Shown here: piece after piece, positions 1 through 9,109 of the stretch
Numbering within the stretch: the stretch's first letter is position 1
How the letters are laid out: the number at the start of each line of letters is the position of its first letter
NCBI GenBank assembly: GCA_044226515.1
Contig: JBGAGX010000003.1
Location: 65,561-129,560 of the forward strand
Length of the DNA stretch: 64,000 nucleotides
Origin: Flavobacteriales bacterium
GTDB lineage: Bacteria > Bacteroidota > Bacteroidia > Flavobacteriales_F > PHOS-HE28
Direction of reading: 5' to 3'
The notes under the pieces: generated by a model
What the model was told of the DNA's origin: nothing
Database searches by the model: none
What the model saw: the letters and a program-made list of their open reading frames with translations, nothing else
Program-made: the position numbers and the translations under genes

Positions 1-1
1 G

Positions 2-595
2 AAGCTGAACGGCGGCTTCAACCAGGAACGCCTGAAGAAGGACCTCGGCATCAGCCTGGAGGACCAGCAGATGAACTCGGCCGACACCGCGAACATGCCG
101 CTCACCAACGACATGGTGGAGAAGTTCAAGGTGTTCCGCAACATCACCCGCATGGAACGCCAGAACAAGCCGCGCGGCAGTTACGGCGCCAAGGACGGCT
201 GGCCCATCTTCCCCAACGATGCACGCTACGACTGGAGCGAGGACAACTTCGGGCCCATCTGGGTGCCCAAGGCCGGCGCCACCGTGCAGCTCACCCTGGA
301 GAACCTGCCGCTGTACCGCCGTGCGATCGAAGCGTACGAGCACAACACGGTCGAGGTGAAGGATGGGGCCATCCTGATCAACGGCACCAAGGCCACGAGC
401 TACACCTTCCAGCAGGACTACTTCTGGATGATGGGCGACAACCGACACCGCTCACAGGACAGCCGGTACTGGGGCTTCGTACCGCACGACCACGTGGTGG
501 GCAAGGCGGTGCTCGTGTGGCTCACCGTGGACAAGGACAATGGCGGCTTCCCCATGGGCATCCGTTGGAGCCGGCTGTTCACGCTGGTGAAGTAG
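2..595 (+). CDS. lepB: Signal peptidase I (SPase I), 5'-partial (reading frame open to window start)
   Basis: C-terminal boxes D/E (GDNRHRSQDSRYWGFVP ... VLVWLTVDKDNGGFPMGIRWSRLF) typical of long Bacteroidota LepB; no stop upstream in frame back to nt 2. Confidence 0.8.
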   Translation, partial: KLNGGFNQERLKKDLGISLEDQQMNSADTANMPLTNDMVEKFKVFRNITRMERQNKPRGSYGAKDGWPIFPNDARYDWSEDNFGPIWVPKAGATVQLTLENLPLYRRAIEAYEHNTVEVKDGAILINGTKATSYTFQQDYFWMMGDNRHRSQDSRYWGFVPHDHVVGKAVLVWLTVDKDNGGFPMGIRWSRLFTLVK

Positions 596-708
596 GAGGC
601 GGCGCTGGGATCGCTGCGGTGATCGGCGAGCACCGAGAGGTGAGTTGCGCGTGAACGAGCCGTCATGCCGGCTCGTCACTCGCCACTCATCAGTAAGTTT
701 CCGCCTCC

Positions 709-1641
709 ATGAAGGACCGCCTCAAGCGCCTCCTCGCCAACGACTGGTTCCGGGCCGGGCTCCTGGCCGTGTGCGTGCTGCTGGCCGTCCACTTCTTCGT
801 GCTGCGCTGGGTCACTGTGCGGAGCACCAGCATGTACGCCACCCTGCTGCCCGGTGATCTGGTCGGTGTGGAACGCTGGCCGGTGTGGACCGGCTTCTCC
901 CGTGGTGACATCGCCGTGTTCCGCGATCCCTTGCAGGACCGCAAGGCCTTCGAACGACGGCAGCTTCTGGTGAAGCGCATCGTGGGCCGGCCCGGGGATG
1001 TGGTGCAACTGAAGGATGGCGTGCTCTTCGTGAACGGGGTGCGGACCTCCTACCCCGGCGAGACCCACAGCTACCTCGTGCGCCTGAAGAAGGGCACCGA
1101 CCCCACCAACGTGCTGCGCGACCTGGGCCTTCCGCCCGCCTTCGTGCCGCCGGGTCGCGCGTTCATCGAGCTGCCACTGAACGAGGCCATGGCCGACACC
1201 GTGGTGCGGCGGAGCGACGTGGTGAGCGCCGAACCCATGAGCTCCGCCACCGGCGCGCCCCGCCACATCTTCCCCTACAGCCCCTTCTACCGGTGGAACA
1301 GCGACGACTACGGTCCGGTGCGGATCCCCGCGAAGGGTGACACCGTGCGCATCGACGACACCACGATGCCGCTGTACGACCGCCTCATCAGCCGGTACGA
1401 GGGCAACAAGCTGGAGCACGATGGGCGCAGGGTGCTGCTGGACGGGAAGCCCCTGGAGCGCTACGTGATCGCGAAGGACTACTACTTCGTGCTCGGCGAC
1501 AGCCGCCACTACAGCGCCGACAGCCGGTACTGGGGATTCGTGCCGGCCGACCACCTGGTGGGCCGGGCCGGCTTCGTGCTCGTGTCGCAGGACCCGGACA
1601 ACGGCGGGCTGCGCCGGGGAAGGGCGCTGAAGGGCCTGTGA
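709..1641 (+). CDS. lepB: Signal peptidase I, second tandem paralog
   Basis: N-terminal TM anchor, catalytic Ser in RSTSMYATLLPGD, Lys box VKRIVGRPGD, box E GDSRHYSADSRYWGFVP. Confidence 0.85.
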   Translation: MKDRLKRLLANDWFRAGLLAVCVLLAVHFFVLRWVTVRSTSMYATLLPGDLVGVERWPVWTGFSRGDIAVFRDPLQDRKAFERRQLLVKRIVGRPGDVVQLKDGVLFVNGVRTSYPGETHSYLVRLKKGTDPTNVLRDLGLPPAFVPPGRAFIELPLNEAMADTVVRRSDVVSAEPMSSATGAPRHIFPYSPFYRWNSDDYGPVRIPAKGDTVRIDDTTMPLYDRLISRYEGNKLEHDGRRVLLDGKPLERYVIAKDYYFVLGDSRHYSADSRYWGFVPADHLVGRAGFVLVSQDPDNGGLRRGRALKGL

Positions 1642-1661
1642 CCGCGGGTTACCTTCGCGCC

Positions 1662-2150
1662 ATGCCAGTTCGACGTAACGGACCGATGCTGCTGCTGGCT
1701 CTGCTGCTGGCCGCCTGCGGGGTGAAGGACCCGTGCTCCACGTTCTTCGCTCCGTATCCGGACATGGTGTCGGACCGGTTGCGGACCGAGCGCAATGCCC
1801 AGCTGATCGACGGGATGACGGCCTACCGCCAGGGCGACCATGCCACTGCTGTCGAGCATTTGAAGCTCTACGTGGAGAACCGGCGTGATGACGATGCCGC
1901 CCGGCTCTACCTCGCCTGCGCCTACCTGGCCACCGGGCGACCCTACGATGCCGAACTGCAGCTCGACTTCTTGGAGAAGAGCACCCGGCGCGGTTTTCGC
2001 GATCAGGTGGACTGGTACAATGCGCTGTGCTGGACTTGCAGTGGGCAGTACCCGCGGGCCGTGGAGCAGTGCGACCTGATCCTGGCCGCCAAGGCCCATT
2101 CCTACAAGGCCGAGGCCGCGCGCTTGAAGGAGGCGTTGCAAGGCCGATGA
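1662..2150 (+). CDS. Hypothetical lipoprotein (signal peptide + Cys; helical/TPR-like)
   Basis: ATG at 1662 gives MPVRRNGPMLLLALLLAACG lipobox-like signal; track ORF 1638 (GTG) overlaps the lepB stop. Confidence 0.5.
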   Translation: MPVRRNGPMLLLALLLAACGVKDPCSTFFAPYPDMVSDRLRTERNAQLIDGMTAYRQGDHATAVEHLKLYVENRRDDDAARLYLACAYLATGRPYDAELQLDFLEKSTRRGFRDQVDWYNALCWTCSGQYPRAVEQCDLILAAKAHSYKAEAARLKEALQGR

Positions 2151-2791
2151 GCCCCGCCGACGCCCGCATGCTGGAGGACCTGCGCACCGCGTTGCGCGGC
2201 GAGCTGCCGGGTCACGACGCGTTCCTGCATCTGAGCGGGTACAAGCGTCACGATCTGGAGGACGCGCTGCGCCAGAACCCCGCCCCGCGCGAGAGCGCGG
2301 TGCTCGCTCTGATCTACCCGCGCGAGGGCCGGTTGCACACCCTGCTGATGCGACGGCCCGAGTACGATGGCGTGCACAGCGGGCAGGTGGCCTTCCCCGG
2401 TGGTCGCCGGGAAGAGCAGGACCGCGACCTGCGCGACACCGCGCTGCGCGAGTTCCAGGAGGAGACCGGTGCCTCCACCGCCCGGTTCGACGTGCTGGGG
2501 CCGTTGAGCCGCGTGTACATCCCGCCGAGCCGATCCCTCGTTACACCGTTCGTGGCCGCGGCCCCTGCCCTGCCGCCCACCGCGCCCGATCCACGCGAAG
2601 TGGCCGCCTTGATCGAAGCACCGCTCGAAGAACTGCTGCGACCGGACGTGGTGCAGGTGCGCAGGCAGTACATCCAGGTGCTGGGGCGCGAGGCCGAGAT
2701 CCCCTACTTCGACCTGCAGGGCCAGGTGGTGTGGGGCGCCACGGCGATGATGCTCGCTGAACTACGCGAGCTCCTGCACCGGCTCCGGTAG
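2147..2791 (+). CDS. NUDIX hydrolase, CoA pyrophosphatase-like
   Basis: Nudix box FPGGRREEQDRDLRDTALREFQEETG; ATGA overlap with upstream stop; the track ORF is 5'-extended. Confidence 0.75.
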   Translation: MSPADARMLEDLRTALRGELPGHDAFLHLSGYKRHDLEDALRQNPAPRESAVLALIYPREGRLHTLLMRRPEYDGVHSGQVAFPGGRREEQDRDLRDTALREFQEETGASTARFDVLGPLSRVYIPPSRSLVTPFVAAAPALPPTAPDPREVAALIEAPLEELLRPDVVQVRRQYIQVLGREAEIPYFDLQGQVVWGATAMMLAELRELLHRLR

Positions 2792-5700
2792 GCCGAAGAG
2801 CTTGCGGAAGCGGGCGTTGGGCACCACGCCCCGGGCGTCCTCGCTGTACTCGGGCTTCAAGCGCTTCACGAAGTACATGTCGATCCGCCCCTTGTTCTTG
2901 GCCTCCACCTGCCCGCGGTGCACGCACTCGAAGTGGTCCTTCAGCAGCGCGTAGGTCGCCCCGCTCACGTTCACCTCGCCGGGCTCGCCGCTGCTCTCCA
3001 TGCGGCTGGCGGTGTTCACCGCATCGCCCCAGATGTCGTAGGCGAACTTGCGCTTGCCCACCACACCGGCCACCACGGGGCCCGTGTGCAGGCCGATGCG
3101 CAGGATCCAGGGCTCCTTGCCCTTCGCCTCGTGCTCGCGGCGCCATTGGTCCATCATCTCGCGCACCTCCAGGGCGGCCATCGCCGACTTCACGGCGTGG
3201 TGCGGATCGCTCGAGGGCACACCGCTCGCGCACATGTAACTGTCGCCGATGGTCTTGATCTTCTCGATGCCGTAGCGCCCGATGATCTCGTCGAACTTGA
3301 TGAAGCACTCATCCAGCTCGTTCACCAGCTCCTCCGGGGTCATCTTCTCCGCCGCCTTGGTGAAGCCCTTCATGTCGGTGAACATCACCGTGACCTCATC
3401 GTGGCGGCGTGCGGTGGCCTTGCCCTTGTCCTTGAGCTCCTCGCTGATCTCCTTGGGCAGGATGTTCAGGAGCAGGTCCTCGATGCGCACCTTCTGCCCT
3501 TCGATCTCCTTGCTCTGGGCCACCACCTCGGCGGTGCGCTCCTCCACCTTGCGCTCCAGGATCTGGTTGCGCAGCCTCAGCTGGCGCTCGCGGAACTTGA
3601 TGTAGCTGAACACCCCGATGACGATGGCGGCGACAACGGTCGTATAGAACCACCAGCTCTGCCACCACGGCGGCAGGATGGTGAAGCGCAGTTCGGCGGG
3701 CTTCTCGCTCCACAGCCCCGCGCGGTTCATGCTCTTCACCTTGAAGGTGTAGGTGCCCGGTGTAAGGCCGGGGTAGTAGGCCTCGGCGGCGGAGGTGTGC
3801 GACCAATCGTTCTCCAGCCCCTCGAGCATGTAGGCGTACCGGACCGCCCCGGGGTCGCTCAGGCTCACCGATCCGAAGCGGAAGCGGATGCTGCGCTCAT
3901 CGTGCGAGAGGCTCACGCCCTGCTCAACGGGGCGGTCCTCCTTCTCCTGGTTGATGTTCCATGAACGGATGGCGATGATGGGCGGCTTCACGCTCAGCTT
4001 TCCCTTCTCGGGCACCACGCGTGTGGCTCCCTTGGCCGTGCCGAACCACAGGTCGCCGTTGCGGGTGATGCATACCGCGTTGGGCTTGGCCTCCACGCCG
4101 ATGAAGCCCGATGCCCCGGTGTAGGCGAGCAGCCCTTCCTGGCCGGGCCGCCAGCTGTTGAGGCCGTTCACCGTGCCGATCCAGATGGATCCGTCGCCGT
4201 CGCGGACCAGGGAGCGCACGCCATCGGCCAGCAGACCCTCCTTCTCGGCATAGGTGGCCAGCACCTTGCCGTCCTTCATCACCAGCACGCCTTTCTTGGC
4301 CGTGCCCACCCACAGGCGGCCCTCCCCGTCCTGCACGAAGCACGTGGGGGTGAGCGTGCCTTCCACCTCCACCCTGGTGGGCTTGCCGTTGTCGAGCCGG
4401 GTGATGCCCTGCTCCTTGCTGCCGACCCAGATGGTGCCCTTGTCGTCGCGGAAGAGAGCGGACACGGCGCTCGTGGGCACGCCGTCCTCCGGTCCGTACA
4501 CCATGGGCGGGGCACCAGCGGAATAGCGACGAAGCCCCGTGATGGTGCCCACCCACAGTTCGCCCGGCTGGCCCACGCAGAGGGCGGTGACCTTGTTGCG
4601 CGGGATCAGCTGGTCCAGGTCGGGGTGCGGGATCTGCTGGAACGCCACCGGGTCGAGCTCCAGCAGGCCGCCGGTCTCGGAGCCGATCCAGATGTTGCCT
4701 ATCGCGTCCTCCACGAGGCTCCGCACGCGGCTGGTGCGCACGGTCTGCAGCGTCTTGATCATGCCCGGTCCCTGCACCTTCGGGTCCAGGATGCTCACCC
4801 CGCCATCGGTGCCGAACCACAACCGGCCGTTGCGGTCCTCCATCACGGCCCACACCTGCTGGTCCAGGAGGCCGTCCTGTTCCATGAGATTGAGGAAGCG
4901 CTCCCCCTTGAAGATGATGAGCCCGTAATCGCTGGTGGCGAGCAGCATGTTGCCCTCGCTGTCCCGCGCGATCTTGCGGATCTGCAGGCTCTCCAGACCG
5001 TTGCCGGGATGGTAATGGCGACGCACGCCATTGAGGCCGATCACGGCCGCACCCCCACCCCAGGTTCCCACCCACACCTGTCCGGCGGCATCCTCGCCGA
5101 AACACGAGACGAGGTTGCTGGGCAGGCCATTGGCGGTGCTGTAGTTCACCACCTGGCCGGTCCGATGATCCAGCACGTAAGCGCCATTGGCAAGGGTGCC
5201 GAGCCACAGCCGGCCTTCCCCGTCCTCGTAAAGGGCGTTCACCCCGAGGACGTCCTGCAGGCCGTTCCATTCCAATGAACTGAAGCGCTTGGTGGAGGCG
5301 TCCCATTTCTTCAAGGTGCCGCCATCCTCGAGGAAGGCGATGGTGCCGTCCCTGAACCGTCGCACATCGAGCAGGTGGTCGAGCAGGCCCTGGTCGCCGC
5401 TGAAGCGCTGGCAGGTGAGCGCACCATCCTCGCCAACGGCCGTTACATGCAGCGCGCCCTGGCCCATGGTGGTGACCCAGAACGTACCGTCCGCGTCCTC
5501 GATGATGCCGGTGATGTCGGCCGTGAGCGCATCGCCCTCCGGCCTCGCCACTCGGAACTCGCGACCGGAGCGAAGGCTGATGCCACCACCGGAATGCCCC
5601 ACCCAGAAGCGCTGATGGGAGTCGATCAGCAGGCAACGCGCGCCCTTGGGAGCGAGGCCGTCGGTAACGCCATAGGCATGCACGCCATCGCGCTCGCGCC

Positions 5701-5881
5701 CGTCGAAGCTCACCAGGCCGTCCTCGGTGCCCAACCACACCAGGCCCGAGCTGTCCTGCAACACGCTGTACACGTTGCTGGTGGGGAGCCCGTTCTGCAC
5801 GTCGAGCCGTTCGAAGTAGAAACGCTGGGCGTGCAGGCCAAGGACGGCCGTGCAGGCAAACAGGAGAGCGGTGAGGCGCAT
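2762..5881 (-). CDS. Periplasmic two-component-regulator-propeller + Y_Y_Y sensor fused to a class III adenylate cyclase (membrane-bound)
   Basis: Signal peptide MRLTALLFACTAVLGLHAQ, about 700 aa of beta-propeller repeats, Y_Y_Y-like region, one TM helix (WWFYTTVVAAIVIGVFSYIKF), a coiled coil, then a cyclase homology domain (FTDMKGFT ... IKTIGDSYM ... YDIWGDAVNTASRMES). Alternative ATG at 5905. Confidence 0.8.
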   Translation of the reverse strand: MRLTALLFACTAVLGLHAQRFYFERLDVQNGLPTSNVYSVLQDSSGLVWLGTEDGLVSFDGRERDGVHAYGVTDGLAPKGARCLLIDSHQRFWVGHSGGGISLRSGREFRVARPEGDALTADITGIIEDADGTFWVTTMGQGALHVTAVGEDGALTCQRFSGDQGLLDHLLDVRRFRDGTIAFLEDGGTLKKWDASTKRFSSLEWNGLQDVLGVNALYEDGEGRLWLGTLANGAYVLDHRTGQVVNYSTANGLPSNLVSCFGEDAAGQVWVGTWGGGAAVIGLNGVRRHYHPGNGLESLQIRKIARDSEGNMLLATSDYGLIIFKGERFLNLMEQDGLLDQQVWAVMEDRNGRLWFGTDGGVSILDPKVQGPGMIKTLQTVRTSRVRSLVEDAIGNIWIGSETGGLLELDPVAFQQIPHPDLDQLIPRNKVTALCVGQPGELWVGTITGLRRYSAGAPPMVYGPEDGVPTSAVSALFRDDKGTIWVGSKEQGITRLDNGKPTRVEVEGTLTPTCFVQDGEGRLWVGTAKKGVLVMKDGKVLATYAEKEGLLADGVRSLVRDGDGSIWIGTVNGLNSWRPGQEGLLAYTGASGFIGVEAKPNAVCITRNGDLWFGTAKGATRVVPEKGKLSVKPPIIAIRSWNINQEKEDRPVEQGVSLSHDERSIRFRFGSVSLSDPGAVRYAYMLEGLENDWSHTSAAEAYYPGLTPGTYTFKVKSMNRAGLWSEKPAELRFTILPPWWQSWWFYTTVVAAIVIGVFSYIKFRERQLRLRNQILERKVEERTAEVVAQSKEIEGQKVRIEDLLLNILPKEISEELKDKGKATARRHDEVTVMFTDMKGFTKAAEKMTPEELVNELDECFIKFDEIIGRYGIEKIKTIGDSYMCASGVPSSDPHHAVKSAMAALEVREMMDQWRREHEAKGKEPWILRIGLHTGPVVAGVVGKRKFAYDIWGDAVNTASRMESSGEPGEVNVSGATYALLKDHFECVHRGQVEAKNKGRIDMYFVKRLKPEYSEDARGVVPNARFRKLFGLPEPVQELA

Positions 5882-5888
5882 CGGTGGA

Positions 5889-8093
5889 TCAGCGGGTAAG
5901 GTCATAGAAGCTGGCCTCGGAACCGGCGGCGTCGCTCACCACCAGGGTGTTGCTCACACTCTCGCTGTAGTTCTGGATGAGGTTCTTCAGCGGACCGTAG
6001 TTGTAGAAGGAGTAGATGTCGTCCTTCTTGGCGTCAACGGGGATCCAGAAGCTCTTGCCGCCCACTGTGCGCCCATGCCCGGCGTACCACACGAGCACGG
6101 TGTTCACCTTGTTGGAACGCACCAGGTCGCGCAGCTCGGTGCTGAAGAACCGATCGAGCTGCTGCTTGGTGAGGTTCTTCTTGGTGATGGTCTTCTGCAC
6201 GTTGTACTTGGCGAAGGCCTTCTGCATCTTGGCCGCATCGTTGCCCTGTCCCTGCAAGGCGGGGAAGCTCTTGTAGTCGCTGTTCTCGATGAACACCACC
6301 CAGGTGACGCCCGAGCTCACCGCGGTGCCGGCGGCAGGCTTCTCCACGGGCTTCTCCACCGGCCGGGTGCCCGTACCGGCGCCATTGCCCTCCGCCGGCT
6401 TCATCACCGCCACGGCTTCGGCCTTCCGCTGCAGCTGGTACACCACGTCGGTGCCGTTGCCGAACTGGTCCTCGGCGCGCACGGTGAACCGGTCCTTGCC
6501 GGCGATCACCAGCTTCATGCTGAAGTCGGTGCGGTTGGTGTCGGGCACGTAGCTGGCCAGGATGCCATCGATGGTGATGCTGCGGATGATGCTGGCATCG
6601 CTGGCCGTTCCCTCGATGAAGAGGTCCTCCTTGCCGGCCGCCACGCTGATGATGCGGTCCCCACCGGGTGAGGGGGAGGTCACCGCCACCACCGGGGGGA
6701 CGCCCTCGCTCCGTTCCACGTGCAGGGACAGGCTTGCCTCGTTGTCGTACAGGTCGATCGCGGTGACCAGGATCTCCTTGTCGGTCGCGGTGAGGGGCAC
6801 GGCGACGAAGAACTCGGGATCGCGCTCATCCTTGGCGAAGTCCGCGTCGAGGCCGTTCACCGTGATGCGCTTCAGCTTGTTGCGGTCGCGCACGTGGCCG
6901 TTCACCTTCACCTGCGCGAGCACGGAGCTCACCTGCGCCACACCACCGCGGTGGATCGGTTCCACCACCGTGATCACCGGCGGGTCGCTCTCGCGGTTCA
7001 GTTCAAAGAGCTGCTTGTCCACGCGGTCGCGCTGTTCCTGCACCTTGCGGCGGAAGTCCGTGTCGTACGCGTCGTTGCCCTCCATGGCCTTCTTCGCCGC
7101 GTCGAGGTCGGCGATGGCGCCCTCCAGGTCCACGTTGGCCTCGCGACAATCCGCGCGCAGCAGCAGCAGCTCCACGTTCTGGGGCTGGGCGAGCAGCACC
7201 TTGTTCAGGTCGTTGATGGCGTTCTGGTGCTGCCCGAAGCCATGGTAATAGCGCGCCCGCTGCACGTACACGGCATCATCTGTGCGGCCCAGCGCGATGC
7301 ACTTGCTCACGTCGTCGATGGCCTTGCTGTAGTCCTTCTGCAGGGCGAAGGCCTTGCTGCGGGTGAAGAGCGCGTCGGTGCTGGCGGGGTTGAGCTCCAG
7401 GGCCCGGGTGCATTTCTCGATGGCCTTCTCCAAGGTGCGCATCTGCATGGTGGGGCCGCTGTACATGCGGTACAGGTCGAGCTGCACTTCGGCCAGGGCC
7501 ACGTAGGCCGGCTCGTACTGGTAGTTCCACTCGATCACCTTGTCCAGGTCGAACTCGGCGGTCTTCAGGTCGCGGGTGGCGTGGCGGGTGATGCCGTGCA
7601 GGTAGTAGGTGTCGGTGGTGCCCTTCACGGCCAGGGCGGCGTCGGCCGCGGCACTGGCCTTGTCGAGGTCGCCGATGGCGAGGGCCGCGCGCACCTTGGT
7701 CTGCAGGGCCGCCATGTTCTTCGGTTCCACACGCAAGGCCTGTTCGCACAGCTGCAGCGCCTTCGCCTGGTCGCCGAGCTCGTAGTAGGCCTTGGCGGCC
7801 TCGGCCGCGAGGGCGGCGTCCTCGGGCGCGAGCTCGGCCACACGGGCCCGGTCGGCAGCGCATTCCGCCTTCTTCCCGAGCAGGTTGTACACGTCGGCCC
7901 GCGCCTGGTAGGCCTTCTGCATCTTCGGGTCCACCTGGATCGCCAGGTTGAACTTCTCCAAGGCCTGGTCGAGCTGCTGCTCCTGTACAAGCTTCTCCCC
8001 TTCCTTGAAGAACGACTTGCCGCCTTGGGCGGTGGCTGAGCCGAGCAGCAACACGAGGCCGGCCAGGGAGAGGATGGCGCGTAGGATGGTCAT
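5889..8093 (-). CDS. Secreted TPR-repeat protein with two Ig-like beta-sandwich domains and a C-terminal caspase-like (C14/CHAT-like) domain that lacks the catalytic Cys
   Basis: Signal peptide MTILRAILSLAGLVLLLGSATAQ, multiple TPR motifs, and a C-terminal WVVFIENSDY ... VLVWYAGHG ... LVVSDAAGSEASF region matching the caspase p20 His-Gly / D-A-C-x-S-G pattern with Cys replaced by Ala. Stop at 5889-5891 lies 7 nt from the ATG at 5881 and overlaps the alternative ATG at 5905. Confidence 0.7.
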   Translation of the reverse strand: MTILRAILSLAGLVLLLGSATAQGGKSFFKEGEKLVQEQQLDQALEKFNLAIQVDPKMQKAYQARADVYNLLGKKAECAADRARVAELAPEDAALAAEAAKAYYELGDQAKALQLCEQALRVEPKNMAALQTKVRAALAIGDLDKASAAADAALAVKGTTDTYYLHGITRHATRDLKTAEFDLDKVIEWNYQYEPAYVALAEVQLDLYRMYSGPTMQMRTLEKAIEKCTRALELNPASTDALFTRSKAFALQKDYSKAIDDVSKCIALGRTDDAVYVQRARYYHGFGQHQNAINDLNKVLLAQPQNVELLLLRADCREANVDLEGAIADLDAAKKAMEGNDAYDTDFRRKVQEQRDRVDKQLFELNRESDPPVITVVEPIHRGGVAQVSSVLAQVKVNGHVRDRNKLKRITVNGLDADFAKDERDPEFFVAVPLTATDKEILVTAIDLYDNEASLSLHVERSEGVPPVVAVTSPSPGGDRIISVAAGKEDLFIEGTASDASIIRSITIDGILASYVPDTNRTDFSMKLVIAGKDRFTVRAEDQFGNGTDVVYQLQRKAEAVAVMKPAEGNGAGTGTRPVEKPVEKPAAGTAVSSGVTWVVFIENSDYKSFPALQGQGNDAAKMQKAFAKYNVQKTITKKNLTKQQLDRFFSTELRDLVRSNKVNTVLVWYAGHGRTVGGKSFWIPVDAKKDDIYSFYNYGPLKNLIQNYSESVSNTLVVSDAAGSEASFYDLTR

Positions 8094-8221
8094 GACGGGT
8101 GCGGAGCGAAAATAGGGCCAAGGGACGGACCCGTCGATCATCGATGACGGCGGTGAGGCGCCACGAAAAAGGCCGCACCGATCACGGGGATCGATGAGGC
8201 CGGTCGTTTTCGTCCGGGAGC

Positions 8222-9037
8222 TTACTCCACCGTGAACTTGTCCATCACCTGCGGGGTGACGCCGCTGCTGCTGAAGCCCCCGTCATGGAAGAGGTTCTGC
8301 ATGGTGACGTAGCGGGTGAGGTCGCTGAAGAGGGTGAGGCAGTAGCGGGCGCAATCCTCGGCGGGGGCGTTGCCCAGCGGGCTCATCTCCTGCGCGAAGC
8401 CGAAGAAGCCGCCGAAGCCCTTGATGCCGCTGCCGGCCGTGGTCATGGTGGGGCTCTGGCTCACGGTGTTCACGCGGATCTTCTTCTTCATGCCCAGGTG
8501 GTAGCCCCAGCTGCGGCCGATGCTCTCCAACAGGGCCTTGGCGTCGGCCATGTCGCCGTAGCCGGGGAACACGCGCTGTGCGGCGATGTAGCTTAGGGCC
8601 ACCACGCTGCCCCAGTCGTTGATGGCATCGGTCTTGGCCGCGGCCTGCAGCATGCGGTGGAAGCTCATGGCGCTGATGTCCAGCGTCTGCTTGTACCACT
8701 CGTAGTTGAGGTCGTCGTAGGTGCGGCCCTTGCGCACGTTGGGGCTCATGCCGATGCTGTGCAGCACGAAGTCGGCCTTGCCGCCGAAGTGCTCCATGCT
8801 GCCGGTGAAGAGCTTCTCCAGGTCGGCGTCGTTGGTGGCGTCGGCGGGGATGATGGGGGCCTTGATGGCCTCGGCCAGCTTGTTGATCTCGCCCATGCGC
8901 ATGGCCACGGGGGCGTTGGTGAGCACGATCTGGGCGCCCTCGGCGTGGGCCAGCTCGGCCACCTTCCAAGCGATGCTCTGGTCGTTCAAGGCACCGGTGA
9001 TGATGCCGCGCTTCCCCTTCAACAGTCCGTGAGCCAT
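8222..9037 (-). CDS. fabI: Enoyl-[acyl-carrier-protein] reductase (NADH), FabI
   Basis: GLLKGKRGIITGALNDQSIAW N-terminus; SDR-like FabI signature throughout; the track ORF is 5'-extended by 16 codons. Confidence 0.85.
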   Translation of the reverse strand: MAHGLLKGKRGIITGALNDQSIAWKVAELAHAEGAQIVLTNAPVAMRMGEINKLAEAIKAPIIPADATNDADLEKLFTGSMEHFGGKADFVLHSIGMSPNVRKGRTYDDLNYEWYKQTLDISAMSFHRMLQAAAKTDAINDWGSVVALSYIAAQRVFPGYGDMADAKALLESIGRSWGYHLGMKKKIRVNTVSQSPTMTTAGSGIKGFGGFFGFAQEMSPLGNAPAEDCARYCLTLFSDLTRYVTMQNLFHDGGFSSSGVTPQVMDKFTVE

Positions 9038-9109
9038 GGTTCTTCGGTTGATGGGCCGAAAATAGCCGTTCGGGCCGGGTGGCAAGGGATGAAGAACGTG
9101 CCGGAAGGC

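Noticed and set aside
676-2187. 503-aa minus-strand ORF antisense to lepB and the lipoprotein gene. Similar long antisense ORFs occur throughout: 3924..5738 -, 2918..3964 +, 6720..8039 +, 8657..9847 +, 11876..13465 +, 23624..24898 +, 43025..44827 -, 36550..38214 + and others
   Set aside because: Products are Arg/Ala/Gly/Pro-rich low-complexity translations of the opposite strand of genes with clear homologs; this is typical of stop-codon-poor high-GC DNA
2762-3340. Possibility that the cyclase domain is a guanylate or pyrimidine (Pycsar-type) cyclase
   Set aside because: Substrate-specifying positions read Lys (IKTIGD) and Asp (WGDAVN), the adenylate-cyclase pair. No TIR/TM effector gene is adjacent
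8142-8221. Terminator between fabI and the TPR/caspase-like gene
   Set aside because: Only imperfect, interrupted complementarity (GGCCGCACCGATC ... GATCGATGAGGCCGGTC) and no clean T-tract; not called
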